In this document: positions 22,903-36,400 of the stretch, piece by piece
Layout of the letters: each line of letters starts with the position of its first letter
How positions within the stretch are numbered: the first letter of the stretch is position 1
DNA from: Reclinomonas americana ATCC 50394
Lineage: Eukaryota
DNA length: 48,197 nt
Assembly (NCBI GenBank): GCA_048213135.1
Contig: PS015381.1
Coordinates: 4,229-52,425 of the forward strand
Direction: 5' to 3'
The notes under the pieces: generated by a model
Databases searched by the model: none
What the model saw: only the letters and a program-made list of their open reading frames with translations
What the model was told of the DNA's origin: nothing
Position numbers and translations under genes: made by a program

Positions 22903-25837
22903 TCACTCAATGTGATCCTTCCACCTGGTGACCAGCTCCTTCACCGCACGAATGTCGTGTTCGGGTCCACGGCCAAACGTGAAGAACTGCTTGCTGGGCC
23001 CGCTCGTGCGCACCGAAATCCACCGCGGAGCCGCTTTCGCCAGCAGTGTCAGCGCCCGACGCGCCGTGTCGCGATTGAGGTTCTTGCGAGGACACGAGGC
23101 CTCAAGAGCCACGGCAAGTGATTCCACCTCGAAAGTGTTCTTCTGCGAGCTGCGACAGTGTCTGGGGAGGGAGGAGAACGACAGTGAGGTGCACTGGCGG
23201 AAGGAGGAGGAAGGGAAGAAGGTGGGGGATTCTCGACGCACGCGACAATCATGTCAATGACTTCGATGAGCCGAGCGCGCACTGGTTCGTCCGGATCCTG
23301 CGAGGCCTGCGCCGCGGCATTCTGCTCCTTGGTCTGCTGCTTCTGCAACAATTTTTGCTGGAAGCTGGCCGACAGGAAGCGAAGCGGTAAGGCCGCCGAA
23401 ATGTCGTCGCCCTGTATCACTTCATGTCAGTCACCTTGGAGTCAAGGAAAGCAACATGAGGAGAGGCAAGGGGCGCAACTATTGATTCACTTGGTGCTGG
23501 AGGAGGAGGAGGAGGAGGAGGAGGCGGTGGCGGTGAAAGAGGCGACTGCGCACGCAACGATTGCTCTGTGAGTTGCATGACCTCGCCAACACAAATAACT
23601 GCAAAAACGCACTGCTGTTGCCGAAGTCGTCGTCGTTCCCAGTTGACTCTGACTGGGTGGTGTCCTTTGTGTCGCAGTAGTGGTGGTGGTGGTGCTTGAG
23701 GCACTAATGGCGGTGGCCGGCGTGCCAGACAGCAGTCGACTGACGGCACTGGCCACTTGCTGCGCGCATGCGACAGCCCCAGGTGAGAGACAGCAATCCA
23801 CCGTTCGTCACACACATGCCGCACTCACCACCGCCCTCTCCGACGTGGCCTTTTTGCTGCGCAGAATCTTCTCCATTGTCTGCCTCGTGAGAGGCTGTGG
23901 TGGTCCTTGCACGGGGAGCGGATGCAACGGAATGTCGGGCACACTCTCCAGCGAGAAGCCCGGACACCACGCGCGCAGCTCCGGTGAGACGGTGGCAAAC
24001 CGCCGATGAAAATTATCACGAGTGTCCTCGTCCAGTGTTTCCAGAAAACGCTGCAGCAGCAAGAGACGCACAGTGAGCAGCATCGCACGTGTGCAGGTCG
24101 GTCCCCCGCTTCGCCTCACCTCGTGCTCCTCATTGACACGCATCACGAGTCGGCCGAGAAAGTCGCGTTTCCACGCAAGGATCTGCGTGTTGGTGAACAC
24201 GGTCACTGCGAGAGAACGTGTCGTCAGCGAGTGCATGCAGTGCAGGCGGAAGGCAGAATGCAAAGGTACCATTGACAGTCTTTGGCGGAGTTCGTGGTGG
24301 TGATATCGGCGGCAGTGCGTCGAGAGCGGCCGCCAGTTCCGAGCCGTACGCTTCGCGCTCCTCGGCCGACATACCCTCCCGTCGGTGGCGCACAGACTCC
24401 TCATCGCGCGCCACCAGACGAATGGCAATGTCGAATTCTTTGGTGCCAGGTCGCTTGTGCGGCATCAGCTCCATGCACTCGGGGTACACGGTCTTCATTC
24501 GCGCCAAGTGGTCCAGCGAGAACGCACTGCATTTCGACGATCGATGATAGTGAGACACTCGGCCAACAGGAAAGATCACGCACTTTTCCCCACGCACCGA
24601 TTGTCTGTCAACACCTCCACCGCCCGCTTGACGCTACTGAACAGCAACAGCTCGCGGCGGCCCACATGCACCATCAGCAGCGCTCCGAATTGTTGATACA
24701 GCGTGATGAATCGGTGCGGCAGCAGTCGCTGCATTCGCGCGCCCAGCTCATCAATGGCCGTCGCCACCGCGGACACCTCTGCGCGCCCGCCCGTAAACGG
24801 TGGTGGTAGCGGTCGCGGCGGGTGCAGCGACAGCGACGACGACGACGGCGGCGGGAGTGCTGGCATGGGCGGAAAGAGATGGCTGCTCGGTGGTGCGACG
24901 GCCTCGCTGGCGTCCTCCGTGAACGGGAGCACGCGACGTGCCGCATGCGGTGGTCGTGTGTACGTGAGACCCGTCAGCGCTGCCGTTCGTGCATTGGCCG
25001 TGCTGCTCATGCTCGAAGCACGACGCGATCCCCGATGCCGTGCAGCGTCCACCTCTGCCTCGCTTGCACGCGCAGGCGGTGCCGATGGCGGTGGCAATGG
25101 TTGCAACATTGGCGGCAGTGGAGGCAGTGGTGGCAAGGGAGGAAGCACCGCCGCAGCAGCAGCAGCAACAGGCTTCGCCGGCGACTGCATCATTGTCACC
25201 TCCACACTCGTCGCATGATCGTCCTCGTCATAGAACTGATCGCGATCGCGCACTCCCACATCGGCCGCTGCCACATACCCACTGGCATCGTCCTCCACAC
25301 GAGGCACCTCCTCCTCGGCAAACACTCCCGTTGCTTCCTCTGCTGCCACTGCACCCTTCTCACCGTCGTCGCCGTCGTCGCCATCGTCGTCATCTCTTTC
25401 AAAGCGATCCACATCCTCGAATCGCTCATCGCCTGCATCCTCCTCTTGCTGCTCATCACTACGCACGATGCGCTGCGTCAGAAAGCGATCCAGGGTCGAT
25501 GCTCGCGATCGCGATCGCTTCCGCGGAGGCGATGATCCTGCGACGCACTCGCACGTCAGCAACAATCGCTCTCATCGCCAGTCCCCCCACGCTCCACGCA
25601 CCCTTACGAGTCCCTGCCTCCTCCTCCTCCTCCTGCTGCTGCTGTTGCTGCTGCGACAGAAGAAGCGCGTTCTTCTCGCCGACACCAGCTTGCGCCTAAA
25701 AAGCATGGCACGCGTTTGTTCGAATCAGTCACCATGCGCACACATACTCCACGTCTCTCGCCCTCCCACAAGCAAGCACTCACCTGCGATCGCTTGCGCT
25801 GCGGCAACAAGGCCGTCAGTCGCCCGCGCGCTGACAT
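22903..25837 (-). CDS. CDT1: DNA replication licensing factor Cdt1
   Basis: Disordered N-terminus with a PIP-like TLDRFL, followed by LPHRFITLYQQF...LLFSSVKRAVEVLTDNRAFSLDHLARMKTVYPE (first winged helix), RDFLGRLVMRVNEEHERFL...RAWCPGFSLESVPDIP, and a C-terminal winged helix ARRALTLLAKAAPRWISV. Some internal junctions near 23420-23620 are unresolved. Confidence 0.85.
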
Positions 25838-25899
25838 TTTCAACAAAAGAAACTGGTCTCGATCCACCGCCCATTCCACTCAACGGAATTCGGGATTTT

Positions 25900-27436
25900 A
25901 TGGCGCTCTCGGCGAATGCACTCTTCTCTGTGTGCGGCTTTGGTGGAGCTGTCCTCGGCTCCATGTATGGTCACCAGCATCAGCAGGAGCAAGCAGATGC
26001 ACTTGTCCGCACAGCTATTGATCGAGGTCTTCAGCTGTTGTCTCACATGCAATCGCACTTTTCTCCCTCTCTCTCTCTTTCTCTCTCTGCTCTGCTCTGC
26101 TCTGCTCTGTGCTTTCTTCTCCTCTTATCTCAACTCTCGTTCACTCTCTCTCTCTCTCTCTCTCTGCTCTGCTCTGCTCTGTGCTCTCTTCTCCTCTTCT
26201 CCTTCTCTCTCTCTCTCTCTCTCTTCTCCTTCACCCTTCCCCTCCCCCTCACCCCTTCCCTTCGTACAGGCGTGACGTACATTGACGTGGCACCCTACTA
26301 CGGGCAGGGCAAGAGCGAGACCGTGCTCGGACAGTGTTTGGCCGGCCTCCCGCGCGATTCATTCGTTGTCTCCACCAAGGTATGCCGTGCATCGCGCAGG
26401 AGCCTGCACCCTCACTCTGCTCACCACTGCTTCTGTCGGGTAGACAGGGCGATATGGTCCACCATCGTTGCGGATGCATTCTCTTGCGCGGACTCTGCCT
26501 GCGGTTGATGGTGTTGAACGATGATGCATTGTGCAGGGCGTCGGTGTTTGACTTCTCAGCGGAGCGCGTGCACTCGTCCATCGAGGAATCGCTGCAGCGA
26601 CTCGGCCTCACTCACGTGGATCTGTTCATTGCGCACGACGTGGAGTTCGCTGTGGATCTGGAGCAGGTGATTCGTGAGACGCTGCCGGCCATGTATGAAC
26701 TGAAGAGGGCCGGCAAGATCGGTCTGGTGGGTATCTCCGGGTTCCCCGTTGAGACACTGCGGTACGAGGCAACTCTCTTCGCGGTCGGCCCTCCCCGGCT
26801 CGCTGAGCTGTCCTTGTTGGTTTGCTGTCTGCAGGTACATCTGGCAGCACGCCCCCGTGGACGTGGTGTTGTCGTATTGCCACTTGAACATGGCGAATGA
26901 TCGTCTGCAGAGCTGGTTGGACGACCTCGGTCCGCTGCCGGCCGACGACGAGCCGCTGCCACTGATTCCTTCCGTGGCCAATCCGCGCGTGCAGTTTGTC
27001 AACGCCTCCACCCTGCACATGAATCTGCTGGTCAATGGGCCGGCTGCCATTCCGCCACCGGCATGGCATCCGGCGCCCGAGACGCTCAGAGTTGCGCAGT
27101 TGTGACGGTTGGCTGCTGCTGTTGCCATGTTGCTTACCCAATACACGCAAACAGCGTGCGTGTCAAGAGGCCGCCGCCTACTGTGACTCGTGTGGAGTCT
27201 CACTCGCTCGGATCGCCGCTCGTTTTGCCATGGAGCGAGCGTACCGGTCGGGTGGACGCGTTGTTAGCACGCTCGTCGGTATTGCATCGGATGCGGAACT
27301 GGAAGATGCTCTGGCGGCCAGTCGTGTCGCCACCGATCCACTGACCGAGGTCGAAGCAGAGGCGCAGAAGCGTGTGATTGAGATTCTGTCCGCGGCGCAC
27401 AACTTGGAGTGGCCGAGTGGCGTGCAGCGAGATTAG
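25900..27436 (+). CDS. Aldo-keto reductase, L-galactose dehydrogenase / D-threo-aldose 1-dehydrogenase-like; 6 exons
   Basis: GFGGAVLG, YIDVAPYYGQGKSETVLG, VVSTKTGRYG, FDFSAERV..SIEESLQRLG..VDL..AHDVEF, DVVLSYCH, STLVGI and WPSG. The D/Y/K/H catalytic tetrad is present. Confidence 0.9.
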
Positions 27437-27862
27437 ACAGAGCGAGCGAGGCGGCAATGTATCACGCCGCCCTGTTCGCCCTTGCTTCACGCCACACCCC
27501 ATCGAGAGAATGAGAGAGTTATAGAGTGAGCTTCTATTCTGATCCCTCTCTTGTCTCCCGTTTCTTCTCTTCAGATCTCATCTCTTCCCTTCTATCTCGT
27601 CTTCTCTCCTTTTCACGTCCCTTCCCTTTTTCCTCCTTTGTAACGCTTGCACTTGCCTTCTTTTATCTCCATTCGTGTGCATTCGCCCATCTCGGGTGCA
27701 AGGTGAACTTGTGTTCGGATCTCTTGCTCAGCGTGCAGCGAGTTTTGCGCTCCGCTCCTGTTCTCCTCCCCTCTTCCCTTAGCCCTCCCCCTTGCCTTCC
27801 CCCCCTCGCCAGCACCACGTCTCCTATCTATATTTTCTCTTTCTCGTTTCCTCCCACTCGCA

Positions 27863-30354
27863 TCACCGGCGAATGATTCTTGGCGTCGTCATGGCCGAGG
27901 CCGCCGAGGTCGGAATCGCACCCAGACCGCCGCGCCCACCGCTGCCGAGTTGCCTCTCCAGTGTCTCCTTGCGTGCCGGCGTCTGTGGCGAGAACAGCGC
28001 GCCAGGGTCGCGCGAGGCTGTTTGCGCAAAGAGGTACGTGTCGTGCGGCGACGGTGCTCCCTGCGAGCCGGCAACCGGTGTGCGAGGAGTGCCGCCGGTC
28101 GCACGGTGTCGGAGCTGTGGCGGCGTCGTGGCAAAGTTGTACGGCGTGCTCACTTGCGGCATCTCCAGAGTGGAGCGCGCCGGTGACGCGCCACCTGGTG
28201 CAGGCACAGGCACCACTGGCACACCGGGGCCGGGGCGAACGACTCTGTTTTCCAGCGTCGACATGTTGTGAGTGCCCACTATGTGCAAATGAACAACATC
28301 GGGAAAGACAGAAACGCACCGAGGTCCCCGCAGTCGCAGGTACGTAATGTAGATAATGTAGAGCAGCACGAGTACAAGGACCACCTGCCACCAGCTGATG
28401 CCTGCGAGTGTGTCACAAACACACAGTGTGAGTCGATAGAGAGTTGGCTGCGGAGAAGCTCGTCAACAAACCGGCCCAGGATGTCGCCGACGTTCCGTTG
28501 CTCTCCATCCGCACATGCACCGTCACCGGCACCTGCTGGTGGGTCACCGCGTGCTCCAGAATCACCGTCGCATCAAAGCTGCTGGCGTCACGCTCCTTGC
28601 TCATACTCCAGATCCCCTGCGAGCTTCGGTACGCGATGCGAACCGCACCTCCGGTTTCCGACGTCGACTCGTAGTCGACCTGCAACAGAGAGGCGTGCTC
28701 CGACTCCACATGCCACCGCAGCGGCGGCTGGCGCATCGAATACACGGGGAGACGCACGGCTGGTTGAGTGGTGGTCAGTGTTGCCTGTGCGAGGAAGATA
28801 AAGAAAATGTAAGTTAGTGACGGGACGCAAGCGTGTAACACCAGTGAGCAGAGCACTCACCGAGTCGGTCTGCACGGTGAAGCGCGGATAGAACGGAACC
28901 GCGACCGTGTCGTGAACACGACGAGTGCTCACTGGATCAGAGTATGTCACTTCCACTGAGAATTGTGCCGGCGGCAGGTGCGACAAGAGCACTGCCGACT
29001 CCTTGATGCGGATCGGGCATGCCAGATCGCCGGCCACGTTGCTCGTCTTCTCCAGCCATCGCTCGCTCTCCTTGTCGGCCGGCGAGCACACCAAGTGACC
29101 ATTCGTGTGGAACAGCGAAGCTTCCTGCATAGTACACGCACACACTGCGTCAGCTAGTCGAGCTCGACTCAACCCTCGTGCAGAAGAAGTCGCCGCACCT
29201 GTTTCTCCACGGCGGAGGTCACGGTGGAGGCCAGTGGTGCCGAGGCAGTAGAGGTCTGCACAATAACAAAAAAATGAGCGAAAAAAAGGCGAGAGCAAGT
29301 CAAGTATGCGTGCTGCAAGACCTCGCCGATTGGTGGCTGGGCGGTGGCGTAGCCGTAATGAATGGCCCCGTTCCTGTCCAGCGGACGCACATGGATGCTG
29401 CCGCGACAATGCAAACAAATAAGATGCACTGTCACCAATACAAAGGAGGCGAGGGCGACGCACAGAGAGACAACACCAGGCACGTCGGTCACAAACGGAG
29501 GCGGGAAGCTCATCACAGCGTCGGCACGAACGACAAAAATCTGTGGAAAACAACGATGACGGGACAGTTAGTTTGATGTTGGTGTCGGTGAGATGTACAA
29601 TGAGTGCCACTCGCCGTTGTCTTGGCGGTGACGGAACCCACTGCACGGACGACCGCCTCGCCTTCCTGCTCTGCCGTCGCAACGCCGCTGACAGGATCCA
29701 CCCTAGCGAATACAAAGCCGTGAGTGGCATGTGAGTGGCAGGAAAATGCACATGATATCAAGAGAATATGAGCGCAACTTGACCACGTGGGGACGGTCGC
29801 TAAACCAGGTGACCGGTCCGGTTGAGTCTGCAAAAAGGGAGGCGTGAGCACCAACGGTCTCTCTTTCTGGCCCTCTATCTCTGGCAGTCACATTCACAGA
29901 GAAGAAAAGAATACACACACTCATTCACTCCCGCCTCTCTCTTTTTTTTGCCATCTCTCTCTCCATCTCTCTCCTCCCTCTCTCTTTCTCTCTTTTTTTC
30001 TCTTCCTCTCTCTGTCTCTAGCTCTTCTTTTCGCTTCCTCTCTCTATCCCCCCTTACCCCCTTCCCCCTCCCCCTTTGCCCCCTTTCCGCCGCAACTGGC
30101 CAGCATCCGCAGCTGAACAGAATCGCCAACCAGCACCGACGCACTGTGCGGCGCCACACCATCAACGACTCGAACCATCACAAAATCACGAGCCTCGGGG
30201 TACTGCCGTGAGGCCACCGAGAGCATCATGATGCCTTTCTCGTGAGCGCGCAGCGTGATACGGTGGCCGACTGGCGTCACCTGCACCACGTCTCGGCGAT
30301 TGTACTGCGCACAATAGAAGGTCAAGAGCCGCAAAGGCATTTTTTTGCATGCGT

Positions 30355-30419
<65 letters not shown>

Positions 30420-33400
30420 ACCACACACACACGACNNNNNNNNNNNNNNNNNNNNNNNNNNNNNNNNNNNNNNNNNNNNNNNNNNNNNNNNNNNNNNNNN
30501 NNNNNNNNNNNNNNNNNNNNNNCACACCTCCACATCAACGACGCACTCGTCACACGATGAGAACGGCAGCGCGTGTTCCGACAAGAACGTCGGTTCCACA
30601 TCGAGGGTGCTGCCGAGCGGCATGTCCAAGAACGGTCGAACGAAAGCACCGTGCATGTTCCACACATTGATTTTCACGGTCTCGTCCAAGTGGGTCTGGG
30701 CGTCCGTCACCAGCACGCCAGAAGTACCGAGCGCCTGCCAGTGAACGCAAAAAAAGTGAGTCGGATGGTGCCAGCAGCAAAAGCTGCTGTGAATGCAATG
30801 CGCACCTTGGTCTGAATCACACCCTCGGGCGACAGAACCACTACTGAACTCTTGCAGTCGGCACTCGACAGTTCGTACAGCACTGACGCTTGCTGCTTGC
30901 AGAAATCTACGTGAGGCACAATGCGCACAATTAAAAACAACTGCATGTTTTTGACGCACCGAACTGGGCGACAGCGCGAATGTGACGTTGGGAGGCAACA
31001 CAATGTTGTACAGCGTTCCAAGTCCAATAGGAGGCACCACCGAAATCTGTGCGAACCAGTGAGACAAGCTCCGATGAAACCCAAGGACCACTAACAGCAT
31101 CCGCACCGTGGTGGTAGCCTCCAAGGAATAACCTGGATTTCCGCGGAGCGTCATGACTACCTTGATCGGCAGCTCGCCGGCATGCGTGCCAGTCACGAGG
31201 ACACTGCTGCCGTACAGCGACGGCGACAGTGGGAACTCTGCATCACGCCAATCAGTGAACTGTCACAGCTGGCCAAAGCATCGACGTTGCGCACCATCGG
31301 GCACACGCTGCACAACGTGGCCGAATGTACTCGAAAAGTGCCACTCAAACGTGGAGTAGGAGCCGTAGAAGGAGAGTGGAGTGGCCAGCAGCTCGCCGGC
31401 ACCGTACACAGAGGCCGGCGCCGACTGACCAATCACCAGCTGCGGCACGGAGACGATGCGAATACCGGTCTCCTTCAAGTCGATCACATGCACGGTGATC
31501 TTGTCGGCGGCAAGGACATTGACACCGGCAGTGGCCTCGTCGGCCGCTTGCTTTCCACCAGCGGCCGCGCGCTGCCGTGCGTTGACGTACAACGTGCTGG
31601 TGCCAACTTGAAGCGCTGCGATAACGCCGTGCTGGTCAACGTGTGCCACAGTCTCGTTGCTGAGTTTGAACGACATCTGCGAGAACGGTGCACGAATGTT
31701 CTCAGTCAACAGGAATACCGAGGCATTGGTGCCGTGCGACGCACCGTCAGGTCGTCGGTGTAGCTGCCGTCGACACCCACTTGGTACAGCCCTCCGGGAA
31801 TGAGAACCAACTTGCGCGGATGCACCAGCAACTTGGCGTACACGCGGACCTGTGTGAAGAGAAGGACGAATAGTGTCGGCGAGGTGTTTCATGCAGGGTC
31901 CCTACTCCGCATCGGTACACCTCCAGCAACGCACCTTGATTTCTTCGGTGCACAATCGCGGCTGTTGGATCGCCTGGTTTCGCGCAATGCAGAAGCGAAG
32001 CGACGTGCGACCGTCACGCAAACCAAGCAGCCTGTGTGGCACAACAGACGAGAGTGAGCGTGCGAGAGTGTAACATGCGCGTGACAACAGAATGTCACCT
32101 GAAGCCGTTGGGTGCAGATGGATCGGCGCTGACGGAGAGAACCGACGGGTCCACCACCGACGCTGTCAAATTCATCAGCAGCAGCCTGCACACACGAACA
32201 CACATACGTGACACACGTGAGCAAAACGGATGTGAGACGACACTCGCATGGGCCCACAACACAACTGGTCGTCGCGGAACGGCAGCTTGTGGCTGCCAAA
32301 CACGGTCACAGTGGAGCGTGATGCAATGCCGGCCACCACCTTGCGCGGAACGTCGGCCTATTATGATTGTGACCACAACGTCAGCATCGTCGATATTGCG
32401 AAGCAATATTCAAAGAAGTGCAGCGCAACGGAGATGGTGGTGGCGAGTGACACGTGATACTCGCCCTGCAGCGCCGGCACAAACGACACACCAGTGTCGT
32501 CGAAGAGCACGGTGGAAGTGCCGATGGAGAGCGGATGCAGCTGCGTGCGCACGGTGAGCACTCGACTCTAATGAGTGCGCGTGCGCAAATGCATTGCCAC
32601 TCTCACCACCACGACATCTGCACTCTGGCGCTCCACGCGCACGTGGGATTCACCGCTGGACTGAGTGACATTGTAGTTGCGCAGGCCAGAGCCGCGGGCG
32701 ATGCGCACAAACAGCGAGGAGTTTGGATGCGCATAGATCTCCGCCTGCGTACACACGTCGTCAATCGACGAGAGACGAATCGGCAAGCAAACACACACTG
32801 TCGCTCACCTGCAGCGGCTCCACGTGCATCGGATGCCACACACGAACATCCAATGTGGCCGACACGCGCTCATAAGCATCCGGAGGCTCCGCCGTGCGCT
32901 TCCTGTTACCGCGGCAATGTGAGTCGGTTGTTAAGCACGCGAGCGACGAGTGCAACGCACCAGCGACGGAGAGCATCGAGATCATATGACGTGACTGCGG
33001 AATTGATGGTGAACGCCCCTTCCGAGTCGCCCGTGTACAGCAGACGGGCACTGGAACCGGCACCGGCAGTGTCCAGCTCCGCGTATTGCTGAAACAAAAC
33101 AAAAAGCAGCGTGCAGTCAGGTCGCAGCAGGTGATCGATGAGATAGCGGTGGGGCGCAACTGTCGAGTCCAGGTCCGTGTCAATGTACAAGGTGGATGCG
33201 TTGACGAATTCGTGGCCGGAGCGGTCGCGCAACACCGAGTGCGTCAGGAAGCGCGAATTGGTGTACACGTTGCACGCGTCGGCACATGTCACTGCGGGTG
33301 AGCGGTGAGCGCGTGCCACAGAGCCACTCATCTCGCCAGTATCGCAGGTCACATACCTGCACCCGTGCTGGCCACCAGGCGGAGGCGCATGCTTACGGGG

Positions 33401-36400
33401 TGAGCACAGACGAAATGCAAAGCAATGGTCTCCACTGTGTCCGCAGCCAGTGCGTCCACCGTCGGCACCTTGTGCACTCGCTGCATGGTGAGTTCCTGGG
33501 ACGCACGACATACGCAAGGTGAACAAATGACCTACACCAGCGCAAGCACTCAACCACACTCGCACGTACCTGGGCGCCGAGTTTCGTGCACGTCACACGA
33601 TAGAGACGCTCTTCGGCCTCGTCGTCGTGCTTGAGGCTGTCAATGGTGGCAATATGGGGGGCGGCATCGACCCGCGCGGCCCACGACAGCGTCTCCTTGA
33701 CCGAGTTGCTGCCGGAGCGCCATTTGGCCAGCGACGACGACGACAAATCCCACGGTTGCACGCCCTTGACCATCTGCAATAGCAGGTGGTGAGGTGGCAC
33801 CACGAGGCGACAATGGCAGAGACCGAGACGCAACCTGCAAGGTGGCTGTCGCGCCATACGACACGACAATGGTGGTGCTGGGCGGCGAAATCATCTGTGC
33901 GCCACACGTCGTGTCAGAAAACAGCAGCTCGTCAGTATTCCCTCCGGTCGGCGACTCACCTCCAGATCGTAGTACGCGCCAATCAGCGTCTCTGCCGTGA
34001 TATCCAATCCGGCAAGCCGATTGTGATATGTTGCCTGCATGTTTGTGCGGCCGTCGTGATCATCAATCGCTTCACCTCTACCACTCGAAATCCCACGTCA
34101 ACGCACCTCGATGACCGACACTCCAACCTCCTTGGCACGCAGATGCACACAGCTGGCGCGGCAGGCACCATCGGCAGTGGTCGATGCACTCTCTGGCGCG
34201 TCGTACACTGTGGTGTTGTGCACACGCCAGGAGACCTGCAGCAGCGTGGCGTTGTGGAACACACGACCCCTGATCAAAGTTTTTCTCCAGTCAGTGACGA
34301 GAATCACACGACATCAGGCTGCCATAGATGCACACAACTCCTTGTCCTCAAACAGCAACTGCAGGGGGAGATGGTGCGAGACGCCGGCTTCGCGCACACC
34401 ACGCGCGAAAAAGGCGCGCTCTGGCGTGTTGACAATCACCTGCAATGAAGAGCTAAATGCATGCACCAAAAGTTGAAGCTCCGTGGATGATCACACCTGA
34501 ATGCGGTCACGATTGAGCGGATTGGCGGCGTCCGAGACCACGATGAATGTCTCGCCCGTTGTCTGTCGAGCACATGAATGAACAGCAGTGGCGCAACAGA
34601 ATACTAGCTAACACGGATATCCACAAACCAGTCCAGTGATCACACCACGATCCACCGACGCCACCGCCGGGTTCATCGACTCCCAAACATAGGAGCCGCT
34701 CCCGCCCAGAGCCTGGCAGACAGACAAACGGCTAGTCAGTCAATCGCTCCTCTTCCACCCACCACCTCCTGCTTCTCTCACCGTCAGTGTGCGCGAGTGC
34801 AGCAAGTGCGTATCATGCGGCAGCACCAGTTGCTTCTCGCCAGTTGCGGCACTGTCGCCATTGACGACAGCACGATCGCTCCACTGAATCTCCACCGGCG
34901 CATCAATGTGGAGAGTGCTGCGCACGGAAAGCTGATGCTTACGTGCCTACAATACACGGGCGTGTGAGTTTGTGGAACAGTTGGGATTCGCACGGAGAGA
35001 GAGAGGGCTCACCGAGGACGCGTCGAGCAGCGACCACGTCACCACTGTCTCGCCCACTTGGCGCGCCACCACGGTGGCCGACGTGCTTCGCGGATGTGCA
35101 CTGATGCTGCGCAGCGAACGCTCGTCCAACTCGACAGAGAAGACCATGTTCTGCAACCAGAGTGCGACATGAGGACCAGACCGCCAAAGTGATACACAAA
35201 TCGGGAGTCCTCTCACACCTCGGTGATAAACACTTCGTTCTTGTCGCTCATGACGTGCACGCGCAGATCGTACGTCTTGCCAGAAATGAGACGAGACGTG
35301 CTCGCAATCTACCGCAGAGCAAGTGAGTGACTCGTCCGCGCAAGTGGTCACATCGCGACGAGCGCAACATTCAGCAGCAGGTTGCGCATGTAGGCTGGGA
35401 ACTCCTCGTGGAAGTGCGGATGAATGGAGATCTTCAGCGAGGTCGGGTTGACCACGAACACGCGACACTGTGCCTCATTCTGCTCAAGACGTGCATCGCG
35501 AAAAAAAGTCAAGGCACAGACGAGCACAAAGAAGTGAATCGATGACGGGGAGCAGTCAAGTGAGAAAAAGGATATTTGGATCGCGAGCAGACACCATCGC
35601 GTCGCCCGGCTTGCGCGCCGTAAAGTGCCCGATGCTGCTGATGGCGCCGACTGCTGCATCACTGACACTCCACTTGAACTGATTGCGCGGATCCGCAGCC
35701 GACAAAACTGATCAACGGCAGCCGTGAGCACGCACGACGAAACACACGTAAAGGCAAAGATGGGCGACCACTAACCACTCGACGTGCCATCCGTGATAAT
35801 GTGCAACGCAAAGGTGAGCTCGGCCGCCGGCGCGAGGTACAGCGGGCCCGGTGGCACGATCTCGATGTTGTCCACCACCGTCAGCGTGACGCTGGCACTC
35901 AGAGTCTGATCGGCCGCCACCGCCGCCGTCACTTCCACCACTCCCGGCTTGGCACCGCGCACCACAATCTCATCGGAGGTGGATCCCTCGTCCTCCGTGT
36001 GCAGCTGTTCCTCGGAGCCCTTGAGACTGGATTCGTGGATGTTGAGCAGTTGCAACACATCGCCGCTGTGACAGGGGGTGTGAGAAGGCGACGACGACGA
36101 CGCGGAATGCACATGTACATGCATGCAGACCTTGTTCGTCGCTGAGATTCGGAAATGTGTTTGGACACTGTCCACTTGAACGGCAGACCATGCAACGTCG
36201 TGAACGCATTCCCTGCACGCCACCTCGGTCACTGTCGAGTTGGACATCCATCGCCGACTGCACGTGCGCACACACACACCTTCACGATCAAAGCCCTGCA
36301 TCGAAAGCGTCTCCATCTCCGACACAAAGAGGCGTCTCGAAGTGGTCAGCACCTGCAGTCGATGAATCTTCGCCACAAACACCTCACAGCGCAATTGCTT

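Noticed and set aside
29830-30096. Idea that long introns are always pyrimidine-rich on the sense strand
   Set aside because: This NUP210 intron is GA-rich on its sense strand, so the rule does not hold.
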